A stretch of 64,000 nt of DNA, from positions 1,824,001 through 1,888,000 of the forward strand of contig CP084166.1 of NCBI GenBank assembly GCA_021513695.1, in the 5' to 3' direction. The notes under the pieces are model-generated. The model was not told the DNA's origin, searched no databases, and saw nothing but the letters and a program-made list of their open reading frames with translations. This stretch comes from Candidatus Heimdallarchaeum aukensis. GTDB lineage: Archaea > Asgardarchaeota > Heimdallarchaeia > Heimdallarchaeales > Heimdallarchaeaceae. Position numbers and translations under genes: made by a program. The stretch's first letter is position 1. The number at the start of each line of letters is the position of its first letter. Positions 1 to 9,566 of this stretch are shown piece after piece.

Positions 1-614
1 CTGTAGCAAATGAAACAAATGCTTCCTTTATAAGATTAATTGGAAGTGAGTTAGTTCAAAAATTCATTGGAGAAGGTGCGAGATTAGTAAGAGAGCTGTT
101 CGAGTTTGCTCGTGAAAATGCCCCTAGCATTCTATTTATTGATGAACTAGATGCAATAGGGAGCAGAAGATTAGATCTTGCAACGAGTGGTGACCGTGAA
201 GTTCAGCGTACATTAATGCAATTATTGTCTGAACTAGACGGGTTTAATCCAAGAGGAGATGTAAAAGTAATTGCTGCAACTAATAGATTAGATATTCTTG
301 ATCCTGCTTTGTTAAGACCCGGTCGTTTTGATAGACTAATTGAGATTCCTATCCCTAATGAAGAAGCTAGAAGATCTATTTTCAAAATACATCTTAAAGG
401 AATGAACATTTCTGAAGAAATAGATATAGATTATCTTGTTCAAATGACTGATGGAAGCAGTGGCGCTGAAATTTATAACATTACAATGGAAGCAGGCATG
501 TTTGCAATCAGAAATAATCGTGATTATATTACAAATGAAGACTTTTATAATGCTGTAAAAAAAGTAAAGGGAGACAAGGAGAAGGTAGTACGAAACGTTA
601 CTGGATTTATTTAA
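1..614 (+). CDS. pan: Proteasome-activating nucleotidase (PAN) AAA+ ATPase, C-terminal fragment; the 5' end is cut by the window
   Basis: Frame 3 reads through from the window start: [56 protein letters not shown]... It has the Walker B and sensor motifs and the PAN/Rpt-type C-terminus [20 protein letters not shown]. Confidence 0.8.
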   Translation, partial: VANETNASFIRLIGSELVQKFIGEGARLVRELFEFARENAPSILFIDELDAIGSRRLDLATSGDREVQRTLMQLLSELDGFNPRGDVKVIAATNRLDILDPALLRPGRFDRLIEIPIPNEEARRSIFKIHLKGMNISEEIDIDYLVQMTDGSSGAEIYNITMEAGMFAIRNNRDYITNEDFYNAVKKVKGDKEKVVRNVTGFI

Positions 615-645
615 AACTACTATCATTGTTTTTCTTTTTATTTGT

Positions 646-1200
646 TTAACTTTCTTGCCTTTTTTTCCAGCTATCAATCCTATTTTTTTGACGCTCAAAA
701 CCTCTTACAACATAAGAGTTATGGCCAAATTTTTTAACAAACAACTCTTTAGCTTCTTCAAAACTAATTTCCTTTTCTCCTTTTGAGAGATTATCTGCAA
801 ACGAAACAATCTCTTCCTCAATAGTTTTAGGAATGTAATCATCTTCAGGAAGGTCTAATTTTTTTGCTTCTTTTTTGGGAATACCTGTACCAATATGGTT
901 TTTCACGATATTAATAATTCTTTCACTTATATTTTCCCTTTTCAGAATCTTTACTCCCTCAATTGCATGAAAAATACTGTGAGTTACAGATCTGCCTATA
1001 TCATGAAGCATTGCTCCTGCAATTACAAGCTCTAAATTTACACCCTTTAATTGTGAGGCTATTCGTTTAGCTATTCTTGTAACTACCTCACAGTGTCGAA
1101 TAACGTTTGACGGAGTCTTATATTTTTTTAATAATGATAAACATTCTTCTTCTGAAGGAATGCGCTCGTTTCGTTCTTGCATACAAATTAGAAGAAACAA
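646..1200 (-). CDS. HD/HDIG-domain metal-dependent phosphohydrolase
   Basis: HD motif AMLHDIGR and a His-rich metal-binding pattern. 184 aa. The start may be the downstream Met (MQERNER). Confidence 0.6.
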   Translation of the reverse strand: MFLLICMQERNERIPSEEECLSLLKKYKTPSNVIRHCEVVTRIAKRIASQLKGVNLELVIAGAMLHDIGRSVTHSIFHAIEGVKILKRENISERIINIVKNHIGTGIPKKEAKKLDLPEDDYIPKTIEEEIVSFADNLSKGEKEISFEEAKELFVKKFGHNSYVVRGFERQKNRIDSWKKRQES

Positions 1201-1246
1201 ACTTTTTTTAAACCATTCCTAGACTGTTATTTCTTACTTTTACCAA

Positions 1247-1762
1247 ATGAAAAGAAATATAATATGTACTTTTAGGATATTTTTAATGAAACGAGAGAGT
1301 CCTTCATTCTTTGAACTAAGGCAACTAAAATGTATTGCCGATATACAATTTGGAATAGGTTCAGGTAATGTTTTATTTCCTAATAATGTTTTAGTAGAAA
1401 GGTCAAAAAGTACAAAAAGAATAAGATATGTATATCTAGATGAACATAGGATTTGTTCCTATAGGGTAACAGATGGATTTTTAGTCTTATCTTTATTTGG
1501 AGGAGAGTTACTTCACAATGCTAATTGCGGAAATAAAGTAATTTGTCATCCAGATGCTGAACCTTTTATCCGAAAGAGTAAGTCTTTATTTTCACAACAT
1601 GTCATTGATAGCGGCGAATATATTTTAGTAAAAGATGAAGTAATTATCACTAATAAAACAAACGAATTTCTAGGCGTAGGAACAGCTAAACTATCTTCAT
1701 TTTACATGCAACATCTCAAGAGAGGGGTTGCAGTTAACACAAGAAAAGGTAAAAAAAATTAA
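1247..1762 (+). CDS. PUA-domain RNA-binding protein
   Basis: C-terminal PUA-like segment KVICHPDAEPFIRKSKSLFSQHVID...GEYILVKDE...EFLGVGTAKLSS...KRGVAVNTRKG. The start is uncertain. Confidence 0.45.
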   Translation: MKRNIICTFRIFLMKRESPSFFELRQLKCIADIQFGIGSGNVLFPNNVLVERSKSTKRIRYVYLDEHRICSYRVTDGFLVLSLFGGELLHNANCGNKVICHPDAEPFIRKSKSLFSQHVIDSGEYILVKDEVIITNKTNEFLGVGTAKLSSFYMQHLKRGVAVNTRKGKKN

Positions 1763-1764
1763 TT

Positions 1765-2133
1765 TTATTTGGATTTAAGTCTAACAATTGCTCCGGCTAA
1801 ATCCCCATTTTCTTCGTCTAAAGCTTTTTCAGCTTCTTCTCTTGAAGCTCCAGTTTGTGCCATTACTAACTCTATGTCATCCTCTGAAACCTTTTTTTCG
1901 GTCACTTTTTGAGAGTTTGTAGTTATTGGTCTTTCTACTCCTTGACCAATAACTTGGTACATCTCTTCTCCGAAGGTAATTTTTGACACTGTTGGATTTG
2001 GGATTGCGATCTCTTTATTTGAAAACCGAATTATTACTTCTTCGACACCGTTAAGCTCTACTGTTCTCATCTTTCCTTGTAACTTTTTTAATTCTCTTGG
2101 ACTTAAAGGTCTTTTTCCCATCAATTTAATCAC
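1765..2133 (-). CDS. nac: Nascent polypeptide-associated complex alpha subunit (aNAC) with C-terminal UBA-like domain
   Basis: NAC-domain core (VEEVIIRFSNKEIAIPNPTVSKITFGEEMYQVIG) followed by a UBA-like C-terminus (ELVMAQTGASREEAEKALDEENGDLAGAI). Confidence 0.7.
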   Translation of the reverse strand: MIKLMGKRPLSPRELKKLQGKMRTVELNGVEEVIIRFSNKEIAIPNPTVSKITFGEEMYQVIGQGVERPITTNSQKVTEKKVSEDDIELVMAQTGASREEAEKALDEENGDLAGAIVRLKSK

Positions 2134-2141
2134 GTATTGGT

Positions 2142-2441
2142 CTATTTATTTTCATTTTCTTTTTCTTCATCTTTTGAGCTTTCATTTTCTTCTTCATCAA
2201 GATCTTCGAAGTCTATTTCTTCTGGAGCTGGAGTTATAATTAGTGTCCATCCTATCCAAGCAAGCAAGAGCATTATAACTAGTATTGCGAAGCTTATGAT
2301 CCCTGCAATTACGTAATATCCAATAATTTGGTAAGTATCAAAATCTATTGCTGGTAATACTATTGTTAAGACAATAGTCGCACCTATTACTGCAATTGAA
2401 AAGAGAATTAAGAATAGTCCGATTATTTTATCCTTGTTCAT
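2142..2441 (-). CDS. Small membrane protein with acidic C-terminal tail
   Basis: Two predicted TM helices followed by an EEIDFEDLDEEENESSKDEEKENENK tail. No recognisable family. Confidence 0.3.
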   Translation of the reverse strand: MNKDKIIGLFLILFSIAVIGATIVLTIVLPAIDFDTYQIIGYYVIAGIISFAILVIMLLLAWIGWTLIITPAPEEIDFEDLDEEENESSKDEEKENENK

Positions 2442-2527
2442 TTTTAATATCCTCCGTTTCTTCTAAAAAGTATTATTTTAATTACTATTTAGATTTTTCT
2501 GATAGAATCCATTTTAATTTTCTAGGT

Positions 2528-3478
2528 TTAATACTTTTGTTCATTTAACCATTTAACATATAATTTTATTCCTTCTCTTATTGTTATCTTATTTGACCAT
2601 CCTAGCGATCTAATTTTGTTTGTATCCATTGAAGTAAAAACTATATCTCCTTTCCAACCTCTCTTTCCACCAGTATACATATAGCTAACATTCGAAAGCC
2701 CAAGAGCTTCGGTCAATTCATCTGCAATTTCAGTTACGGATATTGTTTCATTAGATGAAACATTAAAAACATCAAAGTAGTTTTTGTTTTCATAATTTAA
2801 TAACAAATTAAATGCTTCAATGGTATCAGAGATATATAAGTATGTTTTTGTTTGTTTTCCATCCCCCAGAATAACAAGTTCTTTTGGATTTTTCTTTAAT
2901 TTTCTGTAAAAGTCGTACATTACACCGTGTGTAGAACGAGGGCCAAAAATATTTCCCAATCTTATTGATGTTATCTGCATTGAGTATAATGAAGAGTAAC
3001 TGCTGCAATACATTTCTATTGCTGCTTTTGCCGCACCATAGTTTGAAATAGGTTTTAATGGCTGATTCTCATTATTTGATTGCTGTGTTTCTCCATAAAT
3101 TGTTCCTCCAGAACTTGCAAAAATCATCTTAGGAATATCTTTTTTTCTCATTAGTTCCAAAATATTAAATGAGCCATCTACGTTGACCTCAAAGTCTAGT
3201 CTAGGATTGTTCACACTAACCTTCACATCTGGTTGAGCTGCCAAATGTATAATGCAACTATACTCTCTATCAAGTTTTAATAATTTTTCAAAGTCTCGGA
3301 TATCAAATTGGTAAAAATCAACCTTTTTATCTTTAATGTAGTTATGAATGTATTGTAGATTTGTTCCAGCAGAAAGGTCATCAATCACAGTGACAAAATA
3401 TCCATCTTTAACAAGCTGGTCGATTATATGAGAGCCTATGAAACCGCATCCGCCAGTTACTAATATATTTTCTTCCAT
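2528..3478 (-). CDS. NAD-dependent sugar-nucleotide epimerase/dehydratase (SDR family)
   Basis: N-terminal Rossmann motif ILVTGGCGFIGSH, catalytic YxxxK region (NYGAAKAA), 316 aa. Confidence 0.75.
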   Translation of the reverse strand: MEENILVTGGCGFIGSHIIDQLVKDGYFVTVIDDLSAGTNLQYIHNYIKDKKVDFYQFDIRDFEKLLKLDREYSCIIHLAAQPDVKVSVNNPRLDFEVNVDGSFNILELMRKKDIPKMIFASSGGTIYGETQQSNNENQPLKPISNYGAAKAAIEMYCSSYSSLYSMQITSIRLGNIFGPRSTHGVMYDFYRKLKKNPKELVILGDGKQTKTYLYISDTIEAFNLLLNYENKNYFDVFNVSSNETISVTEIADELTEALGLSNVSYMYTGGKRGWKGDIVFTSMDTNKIRSLGWSNKITIREGIKLYVKWLNEQKY

Positions 3479-3493
3479 TTACTCCCACCTGTT

Positions 3494-4759
3494 TTAGCCT
3501 ATTGTCCTCAGAAATTCTTCCAGTGCACCCAGAAAGACTTCAATTTCATCAAATGTGTTATAAATATAGAGCGAAGCACGAACTGAACCTTCACCTTTAC
3601 TAGGATCCATTCCAATGCTGTACGCAAATGGATGAACGCAATGATTTCCTGCGCGCATCATGATTCTATGATGTGGAAGCATATCATTCATATACATTGA
3701 GATATCATTATGAGAAACAACATCAGATTTTGGCCTAAAAGACACTAAAGCTGCTCTATCTTTTAATTCTGTAGAACCAATTATTTCTATTCCTTCCAGA
3801 TCTAACATCCCTCTAAGCAACTTTCTTAAAAGAGATTGTTCCCTGTTATGTACTTCCTCCATTCCAATGTTCATCAGATAATCTACGGCTGCACCAACAC
3901 CCATCATTCCAGCATAATTTTGTAAACCAGCTTCAAATTTATGAGGTGGAGGAAGATACTTTGGTATTATCTTACCGTCTTTATAAACTACATCTTCGAT
4001 TACATCCCCCCCAACTAAGAACATATCCATTTCTTCTAGAATATCGTATTTGCCGTAAAGAACCCCCATGCCAGTAGGACCACACGCTTTATGCATGCTT
4101 AATACTGCCATGTCAACATCTAATTTTCTTACATCTAGTGGAGCATGAGGTGCGTATTGAGCCTCATCAGATATAACTAATGCATTATGCTCATGTGCTA
4201 TTTCAATTATTTCCTTCAGTGGAGCAATTGTTCCTGTCACGTTTGAAGCATGAACTAAAGAAACAATTCTTGTATTACCATCAATTTTCTTTTCAAAATC
4301 TGCTAAATCAAATCGACCGTCTTTAGAAGCATTTACTATTCTAAATTCACTTCCTACTTTTTTTGCTCTTTCATAAAATGGAAGCATCCCTGAATGGTGC
4401 TCAAGCGAGGTTGTAACAATATTTTGATCTTTAGTGATAGAAATGCTATTAGCAGCAATATTTAATCCTTCTGTTGCATTGCGTGTCCAAATTATTTCTC
4501 TTGAATCTTTGGCATTTATAAATTTAGCAACTTTATCTCTAGCTTCCTCTGCTAGTAGGCTTGTTTCTGTGCCTAGAGAATGAGTAGACCGTCCAGCTCC
4601 ACCACAGGCGCCTAAATATCTATAATAATATTCAATTGTTTCCCAAACTTGTTTAGGCTTCAATGACATACATGCAGAGTCAAAATAGATTAACCTTTTT
4701 CCCTCATAAAGTTGATCTAGAACAGGAAAATCTTTTCTAATTCTATGCCAAACAACCAT
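3494..4759 (-). CDS. Cysteine desulfurase (SufS/CsdA-like class V aminotransferase)
   Basis: PLP-lysine region SMHKACGPTGMGVLYG, ASNVTG motif, C-terminal active-site Cys loop (RAGNHCVHP). 421 aa. Confidence 0.75.
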   Translation of the reverse strand: MVVWHRIRKDFPVLDQLYEGKRLIYFDSACMSLKPKQVWETIEYYYRYLGACGGAGRSTHSLGTETSLLAEEARDKVAKFINAKDSREIIWTRNATEGLNIAANSISITKDQNIVTTSLEHHSGMLPFYERAKKVGSEFRIVNASKDGRFDLADFEKKIDGNTRIVSLVHASNVTGTIAPLKEIIEIAHEHNALVISDEAQYAPHAPLDVRKLDVDMAVLSMHKACGPTGMGVLYGKYDILEEMDMFLVGGDVIEDVVYKDGKIIPKYLPPPHKFEAGLQNYAGMMGVGAAVDYLMNIGMEEVHNREQSLLRKLLRGMLDLEGIEIIGSTELKDRAALVSFRPKSDVVSHNDISMYMNDMLPHHRIMMRAGNHCVHPFAYSIGMDPSKGEGSVRASLYIYNTFDEIEVFLGALEEFLRTIG

Positions 4760-4761
4760 TT

Positions 4762-5010
4762 TTATCCCTCATTTTTTGGATCATGTACTAGCTCCCAAAG
4801 AAAGCCAGAATTAGTCCACTTTCGCTCAACAATCCCTTCTTCAACAAGTCTTTTTCCAGCTAAAATGACATCTCCACCACTAGAGCACCCAGAACATAAT
4901 TCAGGAAATAAGTCGCGTAAAGCTAATATATCCTTTGTTGATGCAGGATTCTTCTCTCTTAAAATGGCTAGAATACAGTCTATGTTTTTCTCCTCAAAAC
5001 CACTCGACAT
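4762..5010 (-). CDS. Small Cys-containing winged-helix-like protein coupled to sufS
   Basis: 82 aa. The stop abuts the sufS start. wHTH-like DCILAILREKNPASTKDILAL plus a CSGCSSGG motif. Family not recognised. Confidence 0.3.
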   Translation of the reverse strand: MSSGFEEKNIDCILAILREKNPASTKDILALRDLFPELCSGCSSGGDVILAGKRLVEEGIVERKWTNSGFLWELVHDPKNEG

Positions 5011-5171
5011 TTAACTCAATTCATTGTTTTTAACTTTGTTTTTAAAAATTATGGAACGATTACTGTTTTTCCCATTTGTGAGCGTTAATTTAAACTATTG
5101 AAAGATTTTTTAAGCAATGAAAAATCTTTTCAAGTATAAGATTTTGTGTTATATGGAAACAAAATTCTCGA

Positions 5172-5711
5172 ATGGTGAAATTATTGGTCAATTTACATCG
5201 TTGTGAAATGTGTGGGCGTGAAGTCCCACATCTAGTTGAAATTGAAATTGAAGGAGCTCGTTTATTAGTTTGTTCAAGTTGTTCAAGACATGGAAAAAAA
5301 GTCGTAAAAAAGACTGTTTCGCAACCAAAAAAAAGATTTGTCAGAGGGCCTGCACAAGCAAGTAAAACGCCGATTACAACTAAAGAAAGATCTAAGAAGA
5401 CAATTCAGAGTAGAAGCGAAGAAACAATTGTTTTAGCTGAAGATTATGATAAGAGACTGAGGCTTGCTAGACAAAAAATGAATTTATCCCAAAAGGATGT
5501 TGCAAATAAAACCAAAATATCTGCTAGTAACATTCAAAGTTTTGAGTTGAAGAAACTACGACCTACAGACAAACAAATAAAAATACTTGAAAAATTCTTT
5601 GGCATTACACTCACTGAGAAAATAATTGATTACGGAAGTGGAGAGCAAAAATCTTCAAAAAGCTACCAAACTCTAGGCGATATTGTTGTAATAAAGAAAA
5701 AAACAGATTAA
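5172..5711 (+). CDS. Archaeal multiprotein bridging factor 1 (aMBF1): N-terminal zinc ribbon plus C-terminal HTH (XRE type)
   Basis: CEMCGREV...CSSCSRHG zinc ribbon, and a C-terminal RLRLARQKMNLSQKDVANKTKISASNIQSFE HTH. The start may be the Met at the MCG. Confidence 0.65.
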   Translation: MVKLLVNLHRCEMCGREVPHLVEIEIEGARLLVCSSCSRHGKKVVKKTVSQPKKRFVRGPAQASKTPITTKERSKKTIQSRSEETIVLAEDYDKRLRLARQKMNLSQKDVANKTKISASNIQSFELKKLRPTDKQIKILEKFFGITLTEKIIDYGSGEQKSSKSYQTLGDIVVIKKKTD

Positions 5712-5722
5712 AGAAGAGTTAA

Positions 5723-5944
5723 TTAAAAGGCTTTAACATTCATTTTACTTTGAAGATCACGAATTAAAGATTCAGCTTCATTTATTGGAAGCTTAAAAGT
5801 ATATAATCTCTTTTTTGTTCTAAATTTTAACTTTATTTTATCTTTGGACCTTTTTGTTCTTAACTCTCCATTTTGCTCGATAGTTAATTGAATTATCCTT
5901 TCCAATTGTTCCTTAGTAGTGAGTTCCATTGGCATTTTCTTCAT
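5723..5944 (-). CDS. rpl38e: Probable ribosomal protein eL38
   Basis: 73 aa. KIKLKFRTKKRLYTFKLPINEAESLIRDLQS resembles the eL38 core [29 protein letters not shown]. The similarity is moderate. Confidence 0.45.
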   Translation of the reverse strand: MKKMPMELTTKEQLERIIQLTIEQNGELRTKRSKDKIKLKFRTKKRLYTFKLPINEAESLIRDLQSKMNVKAF

Positions 5945-6036
5945 AGTGCTGCTAACACTTTTTATTAAAAATGTTTCTTTTGAAGAAAAAAAGTTTTTGT
6001 GTATATTTTTGTAAAAAAATATCTATTGAGCCTATT

Positions 6037-7302
6037 CTAATAACCATATAATTTATACCGAAGTATTGCTGCAATACCCCCGAAGGCTCTGTAGAGTGTC
6101 ATTCCATCCTCGTGTTTTGTGCTAATTATTTCTATACTTGCACCTGTTTCTTCAGCTTTTTGCTTAAGTTCACTTACGAGATCCTTCTCGTTTATTATTT
6201 CCAAGCTTGTTTCTCCACATTTTGGGCACTTTTTATTTGATAGATTATTAAGATAATCTTCATAATTAGAGACAATTACGGTGTCATTCAGTTCATGCCC
6301 ACAAGAGTTACATTTCAATTCAAACGTTACCCTATCTACCTCTTCTGAAATAAGTACAATGTCAACAGCTGCTTTTTCTAAAGCGTCTCTAACTTGCTTT
6401 TCTCCATATGTGATTAAGCCTGTGTCTTTACCGAGATGTGTAAGAAATTGCTGCATTAACCTCCTTTCCTTTACTAATTCAAAGTCTTGCAGTAAATCTT
6501 GAGCTTGTTCAATTAGTTCTTTAATTCCAGCTTTTCCTGTATATCCTACGTCAAAAGTCCCAATTATCTTTTCTTTAATTCGATAATCTATAGCTTTACT
6601 TTCCAGATATTTTGAATTTGATATTGCAGGACCACCTACAATTATTGCCTCAACAGGAAAGGATTCTAAGTAAATTTCATTCATCATTTGAGCCATTTTA
6701 TTATACCAAGCATTCGCTGCTTCTTCTACTAAACGCTGAAAACGTCTTTGTGATTGTCCACCCATTTTGTGTTTTTTTGGAACATGAGATTCTTCATCTC
6801 GAATTATTTTCAGATCATTTCCTCTCAATACTGCAAAAGTAGCTCCTCCTCGAGATATAATTACTAAGCCATAGCTTACCTTTGGCTCTAACATTTCTCG
6901 TAATGGTTCAGTGTGGAATTTGTTGTCACACATATATAATTTGATTCCAACGGGTTCAGGGGGAACAATTGAATGAAACTCCATTTTATTTAATCCTGTC
7001 ATCCCACAAAAAATAACTAGACCGTTTTCTGTATTTTGCATATTTTTAAGTCTGGCCATAATTGATGTTAGTGCAGCTTGTACTGCTTTTCCTGTATTTT
7101 TATCCTTAATATTTGATGCAGTTCCATGTTCATCTAATAATTGGCTACGTATGTCAGATAATCTAGTACCAGGAGGGATATAAAGTGAGATCAAAGATGT
7201 TGACATGTTAAATGATTTTTTTTGCTCTAGTCGCTTTATAGATTGCCTAAGTTCATATAATTCCACACTTGTACGTTTTTTATTTTCTTTGGTATCAGTC
7301 AA
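6037..7302 (-). CDS. prf1: Peptide chain release factor aRF1 (eRF1 homologue)
   Basis: GGQ motif (HKMGGQSQRRFQR), NIKS-like region (TASNIKDK), and the C-terminal zinc ribbon typical of aRF1. 421 aa. Confidence 0.85.
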   Translation of the reverse strand: MTDTKENKKRTSVELYELRQSIKRLEQKKSFNMSTSLISLYIPPGTRLSDIRSQLLDEHGTASNIKDKNTGKAVQAALTSIMARLKNMQNTENGLVIFCGMTGLNKMEFHSIVPPEPVGIKLYMCDNKFHTEPLREMLEPKVSYGLVIISRGGATFAVLRGNDLKIIRDEESHVPKKHKMGGQSQRRFQRLVEEAANAWYNKMAQMMNEIYLESFPVEAIIVGGPAISNSKYLESKAIDYRIKEKIIGTFDVGYTGKAGIKELIEQAQDLLQDFELVKERRLMQQFLTHLGKDTGLITYGEKQVRDALEKAAVDIVLISEEVDRVTFELKCNSCGHELNDTVIVSNYEDYLNNLSNKKCPKCGETSLEIINEKDLVSELKQKAEETGASIEIISTKHEDGMTLYRAFGGIAAILRYKLYGY

Positions 7303-7467
7303 TAGTTTTCTCCTCGTGCACTCTTAACTATGTTTTTGACAACGACTCTAAAACCCTTTTTTTGTTTTGTTATTCAATATCTTTTTATCATATATATACA
7401 AGGAAAAATCAAAATCAAGAGAAGTATAATGAAACTTACACTGTAGAAAAATTAATTGACAAAACTA

Positions 7468-7689
7468 TCAAGTTTTATACTTTCTTGTGTTCTCCATTCC
7501 TTTCAAAACCTTGATAACCTTGTAAATTTGCTCAATATCTCTTACACTTGATCGGGGTTTGGATGCGAGAATGGTTTCATAATTCCAAATTTTTCTTTCA
7601 GGGTTATCTTTTAGTTTAACAATAGGAATTGTAGAAATGTCTTTTCTAATTTCGTGGGACATAATACTCATGTCAAGCTTATAACACAA
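7468..7689 (-). CDS. Small hypothetical protein
   Basis: ORF only, in a 600-bp AT-rich gap. No family recognised. Confidence 0.15.
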   Translation of the reverse strand: MCYKLDMSIMSHEIRKDISTIPIVKLKDNPERKIWNYETILASKPRSSVRDIEQIYKVIKVLKGMENTRKYKT

Positions 7690-7941
7690 TTTATTTCATA
7701 CTACGTAATACTAAGGAAATATTTAGAGTAAAGTTTGAGATATTCATTTTTACATTAAGGAAAATATTTGAAATGCAATTGGATATAGAATCACTAATTA
7801 TTAGTATTTGCTGTGAAATAATAAGCTGAGATAATAAGAAATTATAAATACCAGATACTCCATTATTATTTAGAACTATTTCTCTTTCAGAGAAAGAAAT
7901 AAATATTATTGAGAATAAAAAAAAACGAGGATATTGGTATC

Positions 7942-8769
7942 ATGTCAATCTTAGATTGGATAGACAAACTTCCACCACTAATTGATGATAATGGACTGAA
8001 ATTATTAATTTATCTCATCATTATTTTTTCAATAATTACAGCAATAATAGTTCACTTTTCAACTAGAGGAGAATATTATTCATCAAGAGGACTAACATTA
8101 AAAGAACTTGATTTTGATATTAGTCGTCCCATTTCTGATATAGCACCGGAAGAAAGAATAGAAATACTAAAAATTGAAAAGGAGAAGTTTATAGCGGCTA
8201 GAAAAGCTTTAACAGACTCTTACAAACGCAAAAAGTTGAGTGACACTATTTTTGAAAGACTATCTGTGAGATATGCATCAGATCTCAAAAAAATAGAAGA
8301 CGAAATTGAGAGAACAGAAAAAGAAGCAGAAGTTAGCCAGTTAGAAGAAGAATTAAAGAAAATGCAAGGAGATTATTTGGCAAAAATTGCAGGAGAAACA
8401 AAGGTTGAAACAACACCCTCTACTGCACCGACAACGCCACCACCTTCTGCACCAACTGCACCGACACCGACTCCAACTACACCGCCAAAAACAGTAACTC
8501 CACCAACACCAACTCCAGTAACACCACCAAAAACAGTAACTCCACCAACACCAACTGCACCAAGCACATCTGCTTCAATACCAACACCAACAAAACCACC
8601 AACGCCTATGACACAAACGACTCCTCAGGCACCTGTAGAAACAAGTCCAACGACAGATAGTGATCAAGGAGATTTATTTGCAAAGAGTACATCTATTGCT
8701 GCTTTAAGAAAAGAAATGCTTAAAGAACTAGATCGTTTGAAAGCATTTATGTCTGAACAAAATAAATGA
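7942..8769 (+). CDS. Membrane-anchored coiled-coil protein with Pro/Thr-rich low-complexity linker
   Basis: The ORF track starts at TTG 7909; ATG 7942 ([10 protein letters not shown]) is more likely. It has one TM helix, a coiled coil, a ([13 protein letters not shown])x2 linker and a conserved-looking C-terminal helix. Confidence 0.4.
   Translation: MSILDWIDKLPPLIDDNGLKLLIYLIIIFSIITAIIVHFSTRGEYYSSRGLTLKELDFDISRPISDIAPEERIEILKIEKEKFIAARKALTDSYKRKKLSDTIFERLSVRYASDLKKIEDEIERTEKEAEVSQLEEELKKMQGDYLAKIAGETKVETTPSTAPTTPPPSAPTAPTPTPTTPPKTVTPPTPTPVTPPKTVTPPTPTAPSTSASIPTPTKPPTPMTQTTPQAPVETSPTTDSDQGDLFAKSTSIAALRKEMLKELDRLKAFMSEQNK
8478..8573. repeat. Two tandem copies of a 48-bp unit encoding the [14 protein letters not shown] linker
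   Basis: acaccgccaaaaacagtaactccaccaacaccaactccagta and acaccaccaaaaacagtaactccaccaacaccaactgcacca read directly from the sequence. Confidence 0.6.
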
Positions 8770-8847
8770 GATAAAAGGTTATACAAATAATGTGTGTTTA
8801 TTTTTTTTTAATATAACACACTTCTTTTTTGTTTTCGGTGATAAATT

Positions 8848-9561
8848 TTGCAATCTAAAAAGGAAATTGAAAAATATGTAGCATCAAAATATGTTGTTGA
8901 TAATTTAATATTTGATGATTTAATAGTTGGAGTTGGAACAGGTACTACTGTAAACATTTTTATTGAGTTGTTATCTGAAAAAGTAAATACAGATGACTTA
9001 AGCATTGTTTGTGTTCCTTCATCTATAGAAACAAAGTTACTCTTAACACAGAAAGGACTGACAGTTAGTGATATTATCGAAAATTCAGAAGTTGATATAT
9101 ACGTTGATGGAGCAGATATTGTTACAGAAAATTATGATCTTATCAAAGGGGGTGGAGGAGCAATGACTATGGAGAAGATTCTGGCTTCTTCAGCTCATGA
9201 ATTCATAGTAATTATAGATAGCGAGAAATATCCAAAGGAACTTTTATCTCACCCTGTTCCTGTAGAGATTATACCACTTGCCGTAAATACGGTAATAAAA
9301 CCATTATTTGAATTGGGAGGAGAACTTAAATTAAGATATGGAACTGGAAAAATTGGCCCTATTATCTCAGATAATGGTAATGTTTTGGGAGATGTGGTAT
9401 TTAGAGAAGAATACAACCCAAAAAATATGGAAAAAGCGATAAATAATATTCCAGGAATAATTGAAAACGGTCTTTTCCCTGAAAAAGCTGATAAGATTGT
9501 CATAGGGATAGATAATAGTGTAAATTATATTGAAACAGAAAGAATTAGGAAAAATAAATGA
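8848..9561 (+). CDS. rpiA: Ribose-5-phosphate isomerase A
   Basis: VGVGTGTTV phosphate-binding loop, DGADIV and LIKGGGGA motifs. 237 aa. Confidence 0.8.
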   Translation: MQSKKEIEKYVASKYVVDNLIFDDLIVGVGTGTTVNIFIELLSEKVNTDDLSIVCVPSSIETKLLLTQKGLTVSDIIENSEVDIYVDGADIVTENYDLIKGGGGAMTMEKILASSAHEFIVIIDSEKYPKELLSHPVPVEIIPLAVNTVIKPLFELGGELKLRYGTGKIGPIISDNGNVLGDVVFREEYNPKNMEKAINNIPGIIENGLFPEKADKIVIGIDNSVNYIETERIRKNK

Positions 9562-9566
9562 ATAAT

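Noticed and set aside
5723-5944. Alternative reading of the 73-aa ORF as an unrelated small basic protein
   Set aside because: I kept it as probable eL38 because the KxKxRxxxRLYT...EKAExLxxSL-like core aligns with eL38. The confidence stays moderate.
8373-8567. Antisense ORF (GVGG-rich) within the Pro/Thr repeat region
   Set aside because: It is a mirror artefact of the PT-repeat coding sequence.
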